A stretch of DNA of 57,670 bases from Limisphaerales bacterium (GCA_052140285.1 JBKQUF010000154.1:1-57670), one strand, 5' to 3'; counted from the stretch's first letter, positions 19,747 through 29,975 are shown. A program made the numbers and translations. The notes: generated by a model not told the origin, from the letters alone.

Positions 19747-20049
19747 CTTTGTTCCTTCGTGTCTTCGTTGTTATTCCCTCCGCTTCCCGCCTTCCTTGGC
19801 CGCCGTAGCCTCGGCGAAGGCGGCTGCCTTCATTTTATGTTTCCCAGCAACATTACACTTTCTTCGTTTTGTGCTTAACTCGCCTGGATGCAACCGACAT
19901 TTCAGATTTCGGCGGGGAGCGCGACCGTCCCGGTCGCCGTTCGAGGCGTCCCCGCCTCGAACACTCCCACACTGGTCGCGCCGAAGCAAAGCGAAGGCGG
20001 ACATTCGCGCCGTGGCGTCGCGAACAACGCGCGAGGTGCGCGTGCTCCC
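19747..20049 (+). repeat. Mosaic repeat region including a REPIN-like inverted pair (GGGAGC...GCTCCC, 19915-20049)
   Basis: CTTTGTTCCTTCGTGTCTTCGTTG; CCGCCGTAGCCTCGGCGAAGGCGG (19800-19823); hairpins GCGACCG/CGGTCGC and GTTCGAGGCG/CGCCTCGAAC. Confidence 0.7.
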
Positions 20050-20103
20050 TATTTCACAATCCACATTTATTGCAGCCCCAACACCCTCGGAAAAAACATA
20101 AAA

Positions 20104-20389
20104 TTACCAAACGAACCCAAATCAGCCGGTAACGAACCCATTCTCCATCGTTTCAGCGCCTCAAATTATCAGCGTTTCAGCGTTTCAGCTTTTGTCCTCA
20201 ATCCAGCCCAATCCAACCTAATCCAACCTAATCCAAGCATTTTTTTTCAATGAACCTGACGCGGAAAACCACTTGGGAGAGCGTCCACTCGTGTACAGTT
20301 TCCACCGCCGGAAATCCGCCGTCCCGCAATTCATCATTATTCCCCTTATTTTACTCATGTTTACTCATCTTTACTCATGTTTACTCATT
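20104..20389 (+). repeat. Four short tandem-repeat blocks (AACGAACCCA x2; TTTCAGCG x3-4; AATCCAACCT-like x4; TTTACTCATN x4)
   Basis: 20110-20119 and 20131-20140; 20151-20190; 20200-20239; 20350-20389. Confidence 0.9.
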
Positions 20390-20507
20390 AAAAACCAAAA
20401 ATGCGCCCTCGTTTTCTTACTCCCATGTCCACAGGGACTCTTCAAGAGCTCCAAACCGCGCCGTTTGGGTTTGCGAAGCGCTCCCAATTTTGGGAATTTG
20501 TTGGCGC

Positions 20508-22058
20508 ATGTCAAAAATCCAACGCGCCCTCATTTCCGTTTCCGACAAAACCGGCCTTGTTCCTTTCGCCCAAATCCTGGCCCGGGCGGGAATCGAGATC
20601 CTTTCCACAGGCGGCACGGCCAAAAACCTTCGCGAAGCCGGCTTGACCGTCAAGGATGTCAGCGAACACACCGATTTCCCTGAAATGCTCGACGGCCGCG
20701 TCAAGACCCTGCACCCCAAAATCCACGGCGGATTGCTCTTCATTCGCGGCAATGAAAAACACGAGGCGGCCGCGCGCGAGCACGGGATCACGCCGATTGA
20801 TCTGGTGGTGGTCAACCTGTATCCCTTCGAGCAAACCGTCGCCCGGCCAAATGTCTCCCTGCATGATGCCATCGAAAACATCGATATCGGCGGCCCATCC
20901 ATGTTGCGGAGCGCGGCCAAAAATCACGACAGCGTCACCGTGGTGGTGGACCCGATGGATTACGCGGAAGTGGCCCGGCAGATTTCCGATGGCGGAAACA
21001 CCGATTTGAACCTCCGCCGCAAACTGGCCGCCAAGGTTTTTGCGCGCACCGCCGCTTACGACGGAGCCATCGCCGCCCATTTGAGCAACGAATTCAAAGT
21101 CCAGGATTCGGAATTGCCGCCGGCCCTGCATCTCTTTGCGCCGCTGGCCCAACCGCTGCGTTACGGCGAAAATCCCCATCAAACCGCAGCGCTCTACGGG
21201 CGGTTCAAGGAATTCTTTCACCAACTCCACGGCAAGGAACTTTCCTATAACAACATCCTGGACCTGACCGCGGCCGCCAATTTGATTTCTGAATTTGAGA
21301 CCGAGTCGCCCACCCTGGCGATTTTGAAACATACCAATCCCTGCGGCGTTGGCCGGGGCGCCAGCCTGCGCGAGGCATGGGAAAAGGCGCTGGCGACGGA
21401 CCGCCAGGCGCCCTTTGGCGGAATTATTGCCGTGAACCAGACCCTCGACGGGCCGTGCGCCTCCGCCATCGCCGAAATCTTCAGCGAGGTCATCATCGCC
21501 CCGGATTTTTCGGCGGAAGCCCTGGAGATTTTGCAAAAGAAAAAGAACCTTCGGCTCCTTAAAATCTTAAAATCGCCGGCCACCGCCGGCTCGCTCGACC
21601 TGCGCAGCGTCGGCGCGGATTCGTTTCTGTTGCAAAAACGCGATTTGAAAATGACCGCGCGCGGCGACCTCAAAATCGTCACGCAACGCCAGCCCACCGA
21701 AGACGAATTGTTGGCGATGCTGTTTGGCTGGCGCGTGGCCAAACACGTCAAATCGAACGCCATCGTCTATGCCGCCGCGGATCGCACGCTGGGGATTGGG
21801 GCCGGGCAAATGAGTCGGGTGGATTCCAGCCGCATTGCCGTCTGGAAAGCCGGGGAAGCAAAACTTTCGCTCCGCGGCAGTGTCATTTGCAGCGACGCGT
21901 TCTTCCCCTTCCCGGATGCGTTGCTGGCGGCGGCGGATGCCGGCGCGACGGCGGCCATTCAACCGGGTGGCTCGGTCAAGGATGCGGACGTGATCGCGGC
22001 GGCAAATGATCGCGGAATGGCCATGGCCTTCACGGGCATCCGCCACTTCCGGCATTAG
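20508..22058 (+). CDS. purH: Bifunctional AICAR transformylase/IMP cyclohydrolase
   Basis: Start [14 protein letters not shown]; [42 protein letters not shown]. Confidence 0.97.
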   Translation: MSKIQRALISVSDKTGLVPFAQILARAGIEILSTGGTAKNLREAGLTVKDVSEHTDFPEMLDGRVKTLHPKIHGGLLFIRGNEKHEAAAREHGITPIDLVVVNLYPFEQTVARPNVSLHDAIENIDIGGPSMLRSAAKNHDSVTVVVDPMDYAEVARQISDGGNTDLNLRRKLAAKVFARTAAYDGAIAAHLSNEFKVQDSELPPALHLFAPLAQPLRYGENPHQTAALYGRFKEFFHQLHGKELSYNNILDLTAAANLISEFETESPTLAILKHTNPCGVGRGASLREAWEKALATDRQAPFGGIIAVNQTLDGPCASAIAEIFSEVIIAPDFSAEALEILQKKKNLRLLKILKSPATAGSLDLRSVGADSFLLQKRDLKMTARGDLKIVTQRQPTEDELLAMLFGWRVAKHVKSNAIVYAAADRTLGIGAGQMSRVDSSRIAVWKAGEAKLSLRGSVICSDAFFPFPDALLAAADAGATAAIQPGGSVKDADVIAAANDRGMAMAFTGIRHFRH

Positions 22059-22094
22059 CCCGTTGAAATTCTCGAACGAACCAATTGCGCGGGG

Positions 22095-22487
22095 TCATCC
22101 CAGAAGCCAATAAATCAGGAAGAATTGCGCGAGGGTCACCAGCGCCAATAATGTCCAAACCAGAAATTCCCGCAGGCGCAAGCCGCGTTGCGTGACCGCT
22201 GCCAGCCAGAACTCCAATTTCACCGAGCCAAGGCTGATGACATCGCCATTTCGCAGTGGCGCGGTTTCCACCGGCTGGCTGTTGATGGCGGCCACTGCAT
22301 TCGGCGCCACCGCGGCGATAAATCGCCGGCTGTCCCGTTGAATTTCCAAAGTCAGATGCGAATCCCAAATGCCGTCGTCATCCAATTGCAGGTCATTGGC
22401 CGCGGCGCGCCCGATGCGAAAAGGAAAATGGCGGGCAATCGTTTGATGGCCCGCCTTCTTTCCGGAAAGAATATTCAATTGCACCAT
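22095..22487 (-). CDS. Degenerate FHA-domain protein with C-terminal TM helix
   Basis: FRIGRAAANDLQLDD..H, LRNGDVISLG; hydrophobic C-terminus; overlaps the wza stop. Confidence 0.75.
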   Translation of the reverse strand: MVQLNILSGKKAGHQTIARHFPFRIGRAAANDLQLDDDGIWDSHLTLEIQRDSRRFIAAVAPNAVAAINSQPVETAPLRNGDVISLGSVKLEFWLAAVTQRGLRLREFLVWTLLALVTLAQFFLIYWLLG

Positions 22488-23107
22488 TACCAGATTCTTC
22501 GGGATACGTTGACCTGGTCATTGGGATCAACGTGGGGATCATCGGCCGGGTTTTCCAGCGCCTTGTCATAATCGACTGTGATCACCTGGCCCGTTGAGGC
22601 GCGAATCAGCTTGATATTATGGTGATTGGCAAAATCGCTCAACCCGCCGGCGGACTGAATGGCTTTGGTCACCGTCGTGCCATCCACGTAAAGCTGCCGG
22701 CCCGTTCCTCCTCCCTTGATTTCACCTCCGACATAGTAAACCCGATCTTCGCCTGATTTGACCGTCACGGTCAAATTCGGATAATACTTGGGCACGTAAA
22801 GGTCATGAATCTCGTCTTGCAACTGGCCAAAAGTCTTGTTCGTGGCAATAACCGGATCGATATAGGGCAGACTGATGGTGCCGTCTTCCTTGACCTGGAC
22901 TTCGTGCGGTTGGGCTGCCAACTGGTCGCCAGAGGGCAAACCGGAAAAACTGACGACCACCGTTTCGCCAATTGTGAAGGTGGCAATGGGTTCCGGCCTG
23001 GCCGGGAGTTGGTTTGTTTGAGTATCATCGGTTGAGGCGCATCCGTTCAGAAAAATGCCTGCCAACAGCCAGGTGGTTAAAAATAATACTCGGACGAATA
23101 ACTTCAT
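22487..23107 (-). CDS. Polysaccharide export lipoprotein, short Wza/OPX type (PES + SLBB)
   Basis: Lipobox LNGC; VKEDGTISLPYI; YYVGGEIK; AIQSAGGLSDFA. Confidence 0.88.
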   Translation of the reverse strand: MKLFVRVLFLTTWLLAGIFLNGCASTDDTQTNQLPARPEPIATFTIGETVVVSFSGLPSGDQLAAQPHEVQVKEDGTISLPYIDPVIATNKTFGQLQDEIHDLYVPKYYPNLTVTVKSGEDRVYYVGGEIKGGGTGRQLYVDGTTVTKAIQSAGGLSDFANHHNIKLIRASTGQVITVDYDKALENPADDPHVDPNDQVNVSRRIW

Positions 23108-23139
23108 GGGCGCTTATCCTCGCGAAAGTTTCGCTTTAA

Positions 23140-25341
23140 TCAATACTTTTGTTTGATTCCGGCGCGGTCAGAGTCCCCGCCGGAATTTTTATCAGCGATT
23201 TTCCCGGCCTTCTCGGCCGACTCGGCTTCCTGTTCCTGTTCATTCTTCGAATAGTAATAATATCCGTGATAGTACCCGCTGTAGTAATAATAGCTTTCGT
23301 CCTGCGACATGTTGATGTTATTGAGGACGAGGCCGATGAGGTTGCCGCCGACCTTTTCAATCATCTGCTTGGCGCGGATGTTCATCGGCTGCGGATACCG
23401 GCGATATTGAATGACTTGGACCACCATGTCCATTTCGCTGGCCAGCACCGCGGCGTCGCTTACCCCCATGATGGGCGGAGAATCAAAGAAAACATAATCG
23501 TACCGCTGCTTCAATTCGGTGATCAGGTCCTTCATTTGCGCCGAACCAAGAATATTCATCGAACTGCTGGGCAACTTGCCGCTGGCCATGAGATCAAGGG
23601 TCGGAACACTCGTCCGCTGGACCACTTCCTCAATCGTGTTCTGTTTGAGCAAATAATTCGTCAATCCCACGCTATTGCTCACGCGCAAAAGCTTGTGCAA
23701 CGTCGGACGGCGCAAGTCCGAATCCACCAACAGCACCCGTTGCCCGGTCTGGGCAAACACGGTCGCCAGATTCACCGTCGTGGTCGATTTTCCTTCGCCG
23801 GCGCCGGCGCTCACCACCACAATCGTATTGAGCTTGTCGTCCTTTCGCGAAAACAACAGATTCGTCCGCAATACCCGATAGGCCTCGGCATGCTGGCTTT
23901 CGACGCCCTCATTCAGCAGCACCCCCACATTTTGCGGGATCACACCGAGGACCGGCGACTGCAACGCCCGTTCCACGTCGTCAATTGTCTTGACGCTCGT
24001 GTCCAGATACTCGATGAAGAACGCCAGGCCCACGCCCACAATCAGTCCGATGATAATGCCCAGCAGGATGTTGACCAATTTGTTCGGTTTCGCGGGGTCC
24101 TTGCTCGGCACGGCCGGATTAATGATCGTGACCATCCGCGTCTTGGGGGTCACCAAATCCAGCTTGTCGCTCGCAATTTTCTCGGCGACCAGTGTGTGAA
24201 ATGTCCGCATGTCTTCCAATTTGTGCTTGGCCTCCCAATACGGCTGGCCGCGTGATATTTCAGCCAGGTCGTTCGATTTTGCCGATTCCAATTCGGCGGT
24301 GGTTTCATCAACCGCCGCCTTGGAGGACGCCACCTTGGCCGTCAGGCCGATCAGGCTTCCCGTTACCCGCGCATTGATCTCCTGCTGTAATTCATCTCCG
24401 ATCTTTTGAAGGCTTTGAATGTCCGGAAGGTTGGTTGTATAATACACTTTTTGTGACGCCAACGTTTGCTCGTTGTAGTGCAGTTTGGTCACCAAATCAT
24501 CCAAAATCGCGTCCTGGGGATTGATTGACGGCAGCACATCCGGGAGTTCCGCCGGGTTTGTTTTCGCCACGTCATTCAATTCGTCGAGCGCCACCAACAG
24601 TTGCATGTAATTATGTTCATCCTCGTTCCGCTGGTCCGTGAGGCGCTCGGTCTGCTCCTGGGTGAGCGTCGTAGTGGGTGTCTCGGAATTCGGATCGGTG
24701 TCAATGATGCCCAAATCCTTGCGGAGCTGGTCCACGTTGCTTTGCAGGGCTTCAATATTGGTCTCTTCCTGTTGAAAACTGCCCTCCATGGCCTGCACCT
24801 GCTGCATCGCATTGGTATTATACTCGGCCAAACGGTAATCGTAATAAGCGCCGGCCACGGCGTTGGCCAGCTTTGCCGCTTCATCGGCCTTTTCATCATA
24901 GACCGTGATGTCAATGAGCTTGGTGTTGCGCTCGGCGACCAGGCTCAAACGGCCCTTGAAGATATCCATGGCCTCGTCCTGCGTTAACGGCATCCCGTTG
25001 TTGAGGTCTTTGCTCCAGACATTCAGCAGGTCCAGTTGATCGATGACCCGCCCCAGCACCTGAACCGACTGGATTTTTTGAAACTCCGTCGCGATGAAAT
25101 AGGGATCGTACGGCAGATACGCTTGCTGGGGCATGGACACCGTCACCGGGGCATCGGGATTGATTTCAATGCTGGTCGTGCTGGCATAAAAACGGGGCAG
25201 GATAAACGTGACGATCGTGGCCGTGATGGAAATCAAAAGAAAAACCGAAATGATGACTGTCTTCCGGACGCGGATAATGCGCCAATAATCAAGAAAATGC
25301 AGCGAGTTTTCCTGTTGCGCTTGGTCTTTTGCTGGTTCCAT
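23140..25341 (-). CDS. wzc: Wzc-type polysaccharide co-polymerase / BY tyrosine autokinase
   Basis: Two TM helices around a periplasmic coiled coil; EAYRVLRTN, GEGKS, DSDLRRP, FDSPP; Tyr cluster YYYYSGYYHGYYYY. Confidence 0.92.
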   Translation of the reverse strand: MEPAKDQAQQENSLHFLDYWRIIRVRKTVIISVFLLISITATIVTFILPRFYASTTSIEINPDAPVTVSMPQQAYLPYDPYFIATEFQKIQSVQVLGRVIDQLDLLNVWSKDLNNGMPLTQDEAMDIFKGRLSLVAERNTKLIDITVYDEKADEAAKLANAVAGAYYDYRLAEYNTNAMQQVQAMEGSFQQEETNIEALQSNVDQLRKDLGIIDTDPNSETPTTTLTQEQTERLTDQRNEDEHNYMQLLVALDELNDVAKTNPAELPDVLPSINPQDAILDDLVTKLHYNEQTLASQKVYYTTNLPDIQSLQKIGDELQQEINARVTGSLIGLTAKVASSKAAVDETTAELESAKSNDLAEISRGQPYWEAKHKLEDMRTFHTLVAEKIASDKLDLVTPKTRMVTIINPAVPSKDPAKPNKLVNILLGIIIGLIVGVGLAFFIEYLDTSVKTIDDVERALQSPVLGVIPQNVGVLLNEGVESQHAEAYRVLRTNLLFSRKDDKLNTIVVVSAGAGEGKSTTTVNLATVFAQTGQRVLLVDSDLRRPTLHKLLRVSNSVGLTNYLLKQNTIEEVVQRTSVPTLDLMASGKLPSSSMNILGSAQMKDLITELKQRYDYVFFDSPPIMGVSDAAVLASEMDMVVQVIQYRRYPQPMNIRAKQMIEKVGGNLIGLVLNNINMSQDESYYYYSGYYHGYYYYSKNEQEQEAESAEKAGKIADKNSGGDSDRAGIKQKY

Positions 25342-25431
25342 ATTCAAAAACAAACGGGAGACAGAGTATTAAGACACTGCTCCCGTCAACTTGTTCAATT
25401 TTCCGCCGGACGCCTTGATTTGGCCAAGAGA

Positions 25432-26706
25432 TTAGTAAGTAGCCGTCACGCCAAGATATATGCGATTTCGATTGTAATCCTGGTTCAATACGGACGCAGT
25501 TTTGTACCAGTCGAAGTTGTAACCAATTTCCGAGGAAAAATGCACATTGAAATTATACGTCAAATTGACGCCAAAAGTGGCGAAATTCGCGTCCTGATCA
25601 TTAATTCCTCCACCGTGATAAATCGAATACTGATAATCGGCGGTCAGTGAACCAACGATTTTCGGAGTCAACGCATCGCTGATCTGCCCAAACACCACAG
25701 TGCTTTGCTGGTCCTCCACCAGTTGGGTGCTGCTGGAGCCGACGGAGGCCGTGTCCGTGGCATTCCGCGTCTCATTGACGCCCAGTTGAATGTAACTGCC
25801 GGGCAGGTAGGTATAAGTCAACGAAGCATCGCCGTACGGAGCCAAGGCAGCCTTCTCAGCAGAATCACCGTAATAGCTCGTATATTGCACGCCCGCATGA
25901 ATCGCCCCGCTCAGATTTTCCAAAAATTGATGAGTCAACCCGGCAAAACCATATTCCGTGCGATTATCACGACTGGCGGAATCATAGACAACGTTATTCA
26001 GTTCTGCAATCGGCTCACCGCCGGTATAAACCACCTGGCCATATTGATAAGTGATGGAGGCAACGGTTTCCTCATCCACCGCCCATTGGAAGGCAATCGA
26101 CGCCAGATTTTCATCCCGATCCAGCAAGCCGGTCAAGCTCGGATCGCTGACACTGCCCCCGTTGTTATCGTACGTATAATAGGTATTCTCGTACTTGAAT
26201 TTGGTGCTGAATTGGCTGGTCCAATCGGTCGTGAGCGAAATCGTGCCATCATTGGCCAGGTTGTTTCCTTCAATGCGCTCTGGCGTGGCCGTCGCGGTTG
26301 TCAACTGCGGTTCCTGGTACACACTCACCACGTCTTCAAAACGGGCTTCCCAGCGCGGATTGAAGGCATGATCCAGCCACAGATCAAATTCGTGCGATTG
26401 GTCGATCGGGCGCTGTCCATCCTGCTCGCGGGTTTGATAATAATACAGCCCGTAAATGTAGCGCACGCCGATCTCGGTCTGGGCAAACGGCGCGTTTAAG
26501 CTGAAACTCGGAGAAGCCTCAAAACCATAACTGCCTGTTTTCTTCGACGCCGTAAGATAGTTGTCGTCGTAAAATCCCCTCAAAGTTCCTGAGAGGGTCC
26601 AGATTTTCGAGCTGTCGGTTGCGGTGATGTCGGGAGCATATGCCGCATGAACAGCGGCGGCACCGGCGGCAGCCAATCCTACAGAGACAATAATTTTCTT
26701 CATCAT
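25432..26706 (-). CDS. Outer-membrane beta-barrel associated with polysaccharide export
   Basis: Signal peptide; YDDN motif; alternating beta strands; C-terminal YNRNRIYLGVTATY; upstream of wzc/wza. Confidence 0.8.
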   Translation of the reverse strand: MMKKIIVSVGLAAAGAAAVHAAYAPDITATDSSKIWTLSGTLRGFYDDNYLTASKKTGSYGFEASPSFSLNAPFAQTEIGVRYIYGLYYYQTREQDGQRPIDQSHEFDLWLDHAFNPRWEARFEDVVSVYQEPQLTTATATPERIEGNNLANDGTISLTTDWTSQFSTKFKYENTYYTYDNNGGSVSDPSLTGLLDRDENLASIAFQWAVDEETVASITYQYGQVVYTGGEPIAELNNVVYDSASRDNRTEYGFAGLTHQFLENLSGAIHAGVQYTSYYGDSAEKAALAPYGDASLTYTYLPGSYIQLGVNETRNATDTASVGSSSTQLVEDQQSTVVFGQISDALTPKIVGSLTADYQYSIYHGGGINDQDANFATFGVNLTYNFNVHFSSEIGYNFDWYKTASVLNQDYNRNRIYLGVTATY

Positions 26707-26849
26707 ACTTACCCCGCGTTTCTTTCTATAAATGACGTTTACTGTTTTTTCCGGTTTAAAAGTTTGCACATCCAAGCATGCTGACTTTTGATTCAGGCCA
26801 ACTTATCAAAAATGCAAACACCAAGTCAAAGCCTTTTTTTAAAAAAATT

Positions 26850-28607
26850 TTACAGTCTTGGGCCGGCGCGTTTGCGGTTCAGTTCTTTGAGTAACAGACG
26901 TAAATTGTGAGTGTTAATGACATCGGTTTGTTCCAACCATCCCTTGCGCGCAACTCCGCAACCGAGGCGTAGAAACGCGCAATGCTCATTCCGGTGCGCG
27001 TCAGAATTCAACACGCATTTGACCCCCTTGCTCTTTGCGTAAGGCCAGTGCCGCCAGTCAAGGTCAAATCGCCGCGGGTTGCAATTCAATTCCAGCCAGG
27101 TGCCCGTGGCTGCGCAGGCATCTATAACGGCGTGAACATTAACAGGATATGGCTCGCGTTCCAGGAGCAGCCGTCCGGTCATGTGGGCAATCATGTGGAC
27201 ATTCCGGTTGCTCGCGGCGGCGATCAGACGCCGGGTATTTTCGGCCTCGTTGTTCGACGGTTGGTGCAGGCTGGCCACCACCACCTCCAGTTCTGAAAGG
27301 GTTTTATCGTCCAAATCCAGGCCGTCCTTCAAAATATCCGCCTCAATGCCGGTCAATAATCGAAAGTCCGTGCCGCGTTTGGCCAATTTATCATTGATTT
27401 TCTTGATTTCACCGATTTGTTCACGCAAACGCGCGGCATTCAGGCCGTTCGCTTGAACAGAGGATTTTGAATGGTCGGTGATCGCCCAGTATGCCAGACC
27501 CAGATTGTCCATGAAATCGGCAATCTCCTCCAGCCGGTTGTGTCCGTCGCTCCAGGTCGAATGATTATGGAGCGAACCCCGCAACTGCGACCATTCCAGC
27601 AACTTGGGCAGACGGTTCCCCTCCGCGGCGGCGATTTCCCCCATGTCTTCGCGGATTTCCGGCTCGATGTACGGCAAATCCAGTCTGGAAAAAATTTCCT
27701 CCTCGGTCTGGCAGGCTACCAACAGCTTCGGGTCGCGCGTTTCCTCCTTGGATTTGAAAAGGCCGTATTCATTCAGGCGCAGGCCGCGCGCGATGGCTCG
27801 CTGGCGCATCACAATGTTGTGTTCCTTGCCGCCGGTGAAATACGCCAGCGCAAACGGAAATTCGGCATCGCTCACCACGCGCAGGTCCGCCTGCAGACCG
27901 CCTTCCAAAATCACGCTCGCCTTGGTTTCGCCTTTGGCCGTGACCTTGATGACACCGGGTTCCGCCGCAAAAAATTCAATTACCTCGGCCGGTTTCTTCG
28001 AGGACGCCAGCAAATCAAGGTCGCCAATCACTTCTTTGCTGCGGCGTAAACTGCCCGCAAAACTGCAACGGATGACCGCCGGATGCTCGCGCAATGATTC
28101 CAACAATGGTTCGGCCGCGCGCAAGACGTCGCTCAAAAGATGTTTGCTGGCATACATTCGCCGGCGCTCAATCCCTTCGATAATATTCGCGGCGGTCTTT
28201 TCCCCAAACCCCGCCAGCTCCGCAACCTTGCCGGATTTGCAGGCCGCTTCCAGTTGTTTAACGTTCTCAATCCCCAGTTTGTCATTGAGAATCTTGATTT
28301 TTTTCGGGCCTACCCCCGGGATTTCCAGCATTTCCACCAGGCCCGGAGGAACGGAAGCCTTAAGCTCCTCGAAGTACTTCAATTGGCCGGTTTCAAATAA
28401 CTCCAAGATTTTTTGTTCCAGCGCCTCGCCGATGCCCTTGATCTCCCCCAGGCGTTTTTCCTGGATGATCTTTTCCAACGGTTCATTCAGATTTTCCAGC
28501 GTGCGGGCGGCGTTGGCGTAAGCGCGGGTCTTGAAAGGATTCTCGCCTTTCAGTTCCAGCAGGGTTCCAATCTCCACCAGAATCTCCGCAATCTTGTTCT
28601 TGTCCAT
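26850..28607 (-). CDS. polX: DNA polymerase X with PHP domain
   Basis: GENPFKTRAY, HhH motifs, AGSLRR, GDLD and DLR catalytic Asp; PHP motifs HNH, TDHS, SDAH. Confidence 0.95.
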   Translation of the reverse strand: MDKNKIAEILVEIGTLLELKGENPFKTRAYANAARTLENLNEPLEKIIQEKRLGEIKGIGEALEQKILELFETGQLKYFEELKASVPPGLVEMLEIPGVGPKKIKILNDKLGIENVKQLEAACKSGKVAELAGFGEKTAANIIEGIERRRMYASKHLLSDVLRAAEPLLESLREHPAVIRCSFAGSLRRSKEVIGDLDLLASSKKPAEVIEFFAAEPGVIKVTAKGETKASVILEGGLQADLRVVSDAEFPFALAYFTGGKEHNIVMRQRAIARGLRLNEYGLFKSKEETRDPKLLVACQTEEEIFSRLDLPYIEPEIREDMGEIAAAEGNRLPKLLEWSQLRGSLHNHSTWSDGHNRLEEIADFMDNLGLAYWAITDHSKSSVQANGLNAARLREQIGEIKKINDKLAKRGTDFRLLTGIEADILKDGLDLDDKTLSELEVVVASLHQPSNNEAENTRRLIAAASNRNVHMIAHMTGRLLLEREPYPVNVHAVIDACAATGTWLELNCNPRRFDLDWRHWPYAKSKGVKCVLNSDAHRNEHCAFLRLGCGVARKGWLEQTDVINTHNLRLLLKELNRKRAGPRL

Positions 28608-28726
28608 TGGTGAAATTATGCGCCGCAAATCTCAAAGTTCAAACGTTAACGCAAAAAACGCGCGCGGTCATTTCCCCCTTCTTTCGTTGATTAGCGGCCG
28701 GGGTGTCCGTATCTTCCCGCCGCTTT

Positions 28727-29938
28727 ATGGCGACCATTAAACCCTTTGCCGCGCTGCGACCGAAACCGCAATTGGCCTCGCAAATCTGCGAATTGCCGTA
28801 CGATGTGCTGTCTTCGGACGAAGCGCGCGCGGCGGTGGGGGGCAATCCGCTGAGTTTTTTCCATGTCAGCAAGCCGGAAGTGGACCTGCCGCCCGGAACC
28901 AACGCGTATGCGCCCGAAGTTTATGCCCGGGGCGCCGCGAACTTTCAGAAACTTATTTCCCAAGGCGCGCTCATCCGGGATGCGCAGCCGAATTTTTATT
29001 TGTACCGGCAAATCATGGGCCAACATTCCCAGACGGGATTCGTGGCCGTGGCCAGTTGCGATGAATACCTGCGCGGAATCATCAAGAAGCATGAATTGAC
29101 CCGCGTCGATAAGGAGGATGACCGGGTCCGCCACATCGAAGCATTGAACTCCCAGACCGGGCCAGCGTTCCTGGCCTGTCGCAGTGAGGCCTTCGATCGT
29201 TTCCTTTCGGAGAAAGTTTCCGGCACGCCCGCGGTTGATTTTGTGGCCGGGGACGGCGTGCGGCACACGTCGTGGACGGTTTCGGACCCGCCGGAAGTCC
29301 GGTTTATCGAAGAAACGTTCGCGGGCATTCCGCAGCTCTATATTGCCGACGGGCATCATCGGAGCGCGGCGGCTGGGCGGGTGTTCCAATCGCGTCAGGG
29401 CGTCGGCGGCAGCGCCTGGTTTCTGGCGGTGATCTTCCCACATCAACAATTGCGGATTCTGCCGTACAATCGCGCGCTGAAAGACTTGAATGGCAACTCG
29501 GCGGCACAATTGACTCAAAAGCTGGAATCGGTCTTTGCCTTTTCCGGGGAGGGAAACCCAGCGCCTGCGAAAAAACATGAGCTGGGATTCTATTTTCAGG
29601 GCCGGTGGCAGACATTGGCGTTCCGGGAAAAATTTGTTCAAACCAACCAACCGTTGGAGCGGCTGGATGTCGAGCTGCTGCAAAAACACGTGCTGGGACC
29701 GGTTTTCGCGATTGAAGACCCGCGCACAAGCAAACGCATTCAATTTGTGGGCGGCATCCGCGGCACGGCGGAACTCGAAAAGCTCGTGAACAGCGGCGAA
29801 TACGCCTGCGCCTTTTCCATGTACCCGACGTCGATGGAAGATTTAATGGTCGTGGCCGATGCCAACCAAATCATGCCGCCCAAGAGCACGTGGTTCGAGC
29901 CGAAACTGCGCGACGGCATGTTCTGCCATCTGATTTGA
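28727..29938 (+). CDS. DUF1015 family protein
   Basis: LPYDV, IKKHELTR..KEDDR, YIADGHHR, MPPKSTWFEPKLRDG. Confidence 0.9.
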   Translation: MATIKPFAALRPKPQLASQICELPYDVLSSDEARAAVGGNPLSFFHVSKPEVDLPPGTNAYAPEVYARGAANFQKLISQGALIRDAQPNFYLYRQIMGQHSQTGFVAVASCDEYLRGIIKKHELTRVDKEDDRVRHIEALNSQTGPAFLACRSEAFDRFLSEKVSGTPAVDFVAGDGVRHTSWTVSDPPEVRFIEETFAGIPQLYIADGHHRSAAAGRVFQSRQGVGGSAWFLAVIFPHQQLRILPYNRALKDLNGNSAAQLTQKLESVFAFSGEGNPAPAKKHELGFYFQGRWQTLAFREKFVQTNQPLERLDVELLQKHVLGPVFAIEDPRTSKRIQFVGGIRGTAELEKLVNSGEYACAFSMYPTSMEDLMVVADANQIMPPKSTWFEPKLRDGMFCHLI

Positions 29939-29975
29939 AATCGGGATTAAAAATTTTCAATTCGACAGGCCGCTT

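Noticed and set aside
19660-20253. Small ORFs in the NTase-purH gap
   Set aside because: They translate repeat mosaics, conflict across frames and show no protein-like features.
20250-20507. N-terminal extension of PurH and a possible ZTP (pfl) riboswitch
   Set aside because: The extension runs through tandem repeats and conserved PurH begins at 20508. GCGGAAAACCACTTGGGAGAGC only loosely resembles the aptamer and no downstream CGCCTGGGC is present; an Infernal/Rfam scan would settle it.
26850-28607. Catalytically altered PolX
   Set aside because: The GDLD and DLR aspartates and the PHP metal ligands look intact.
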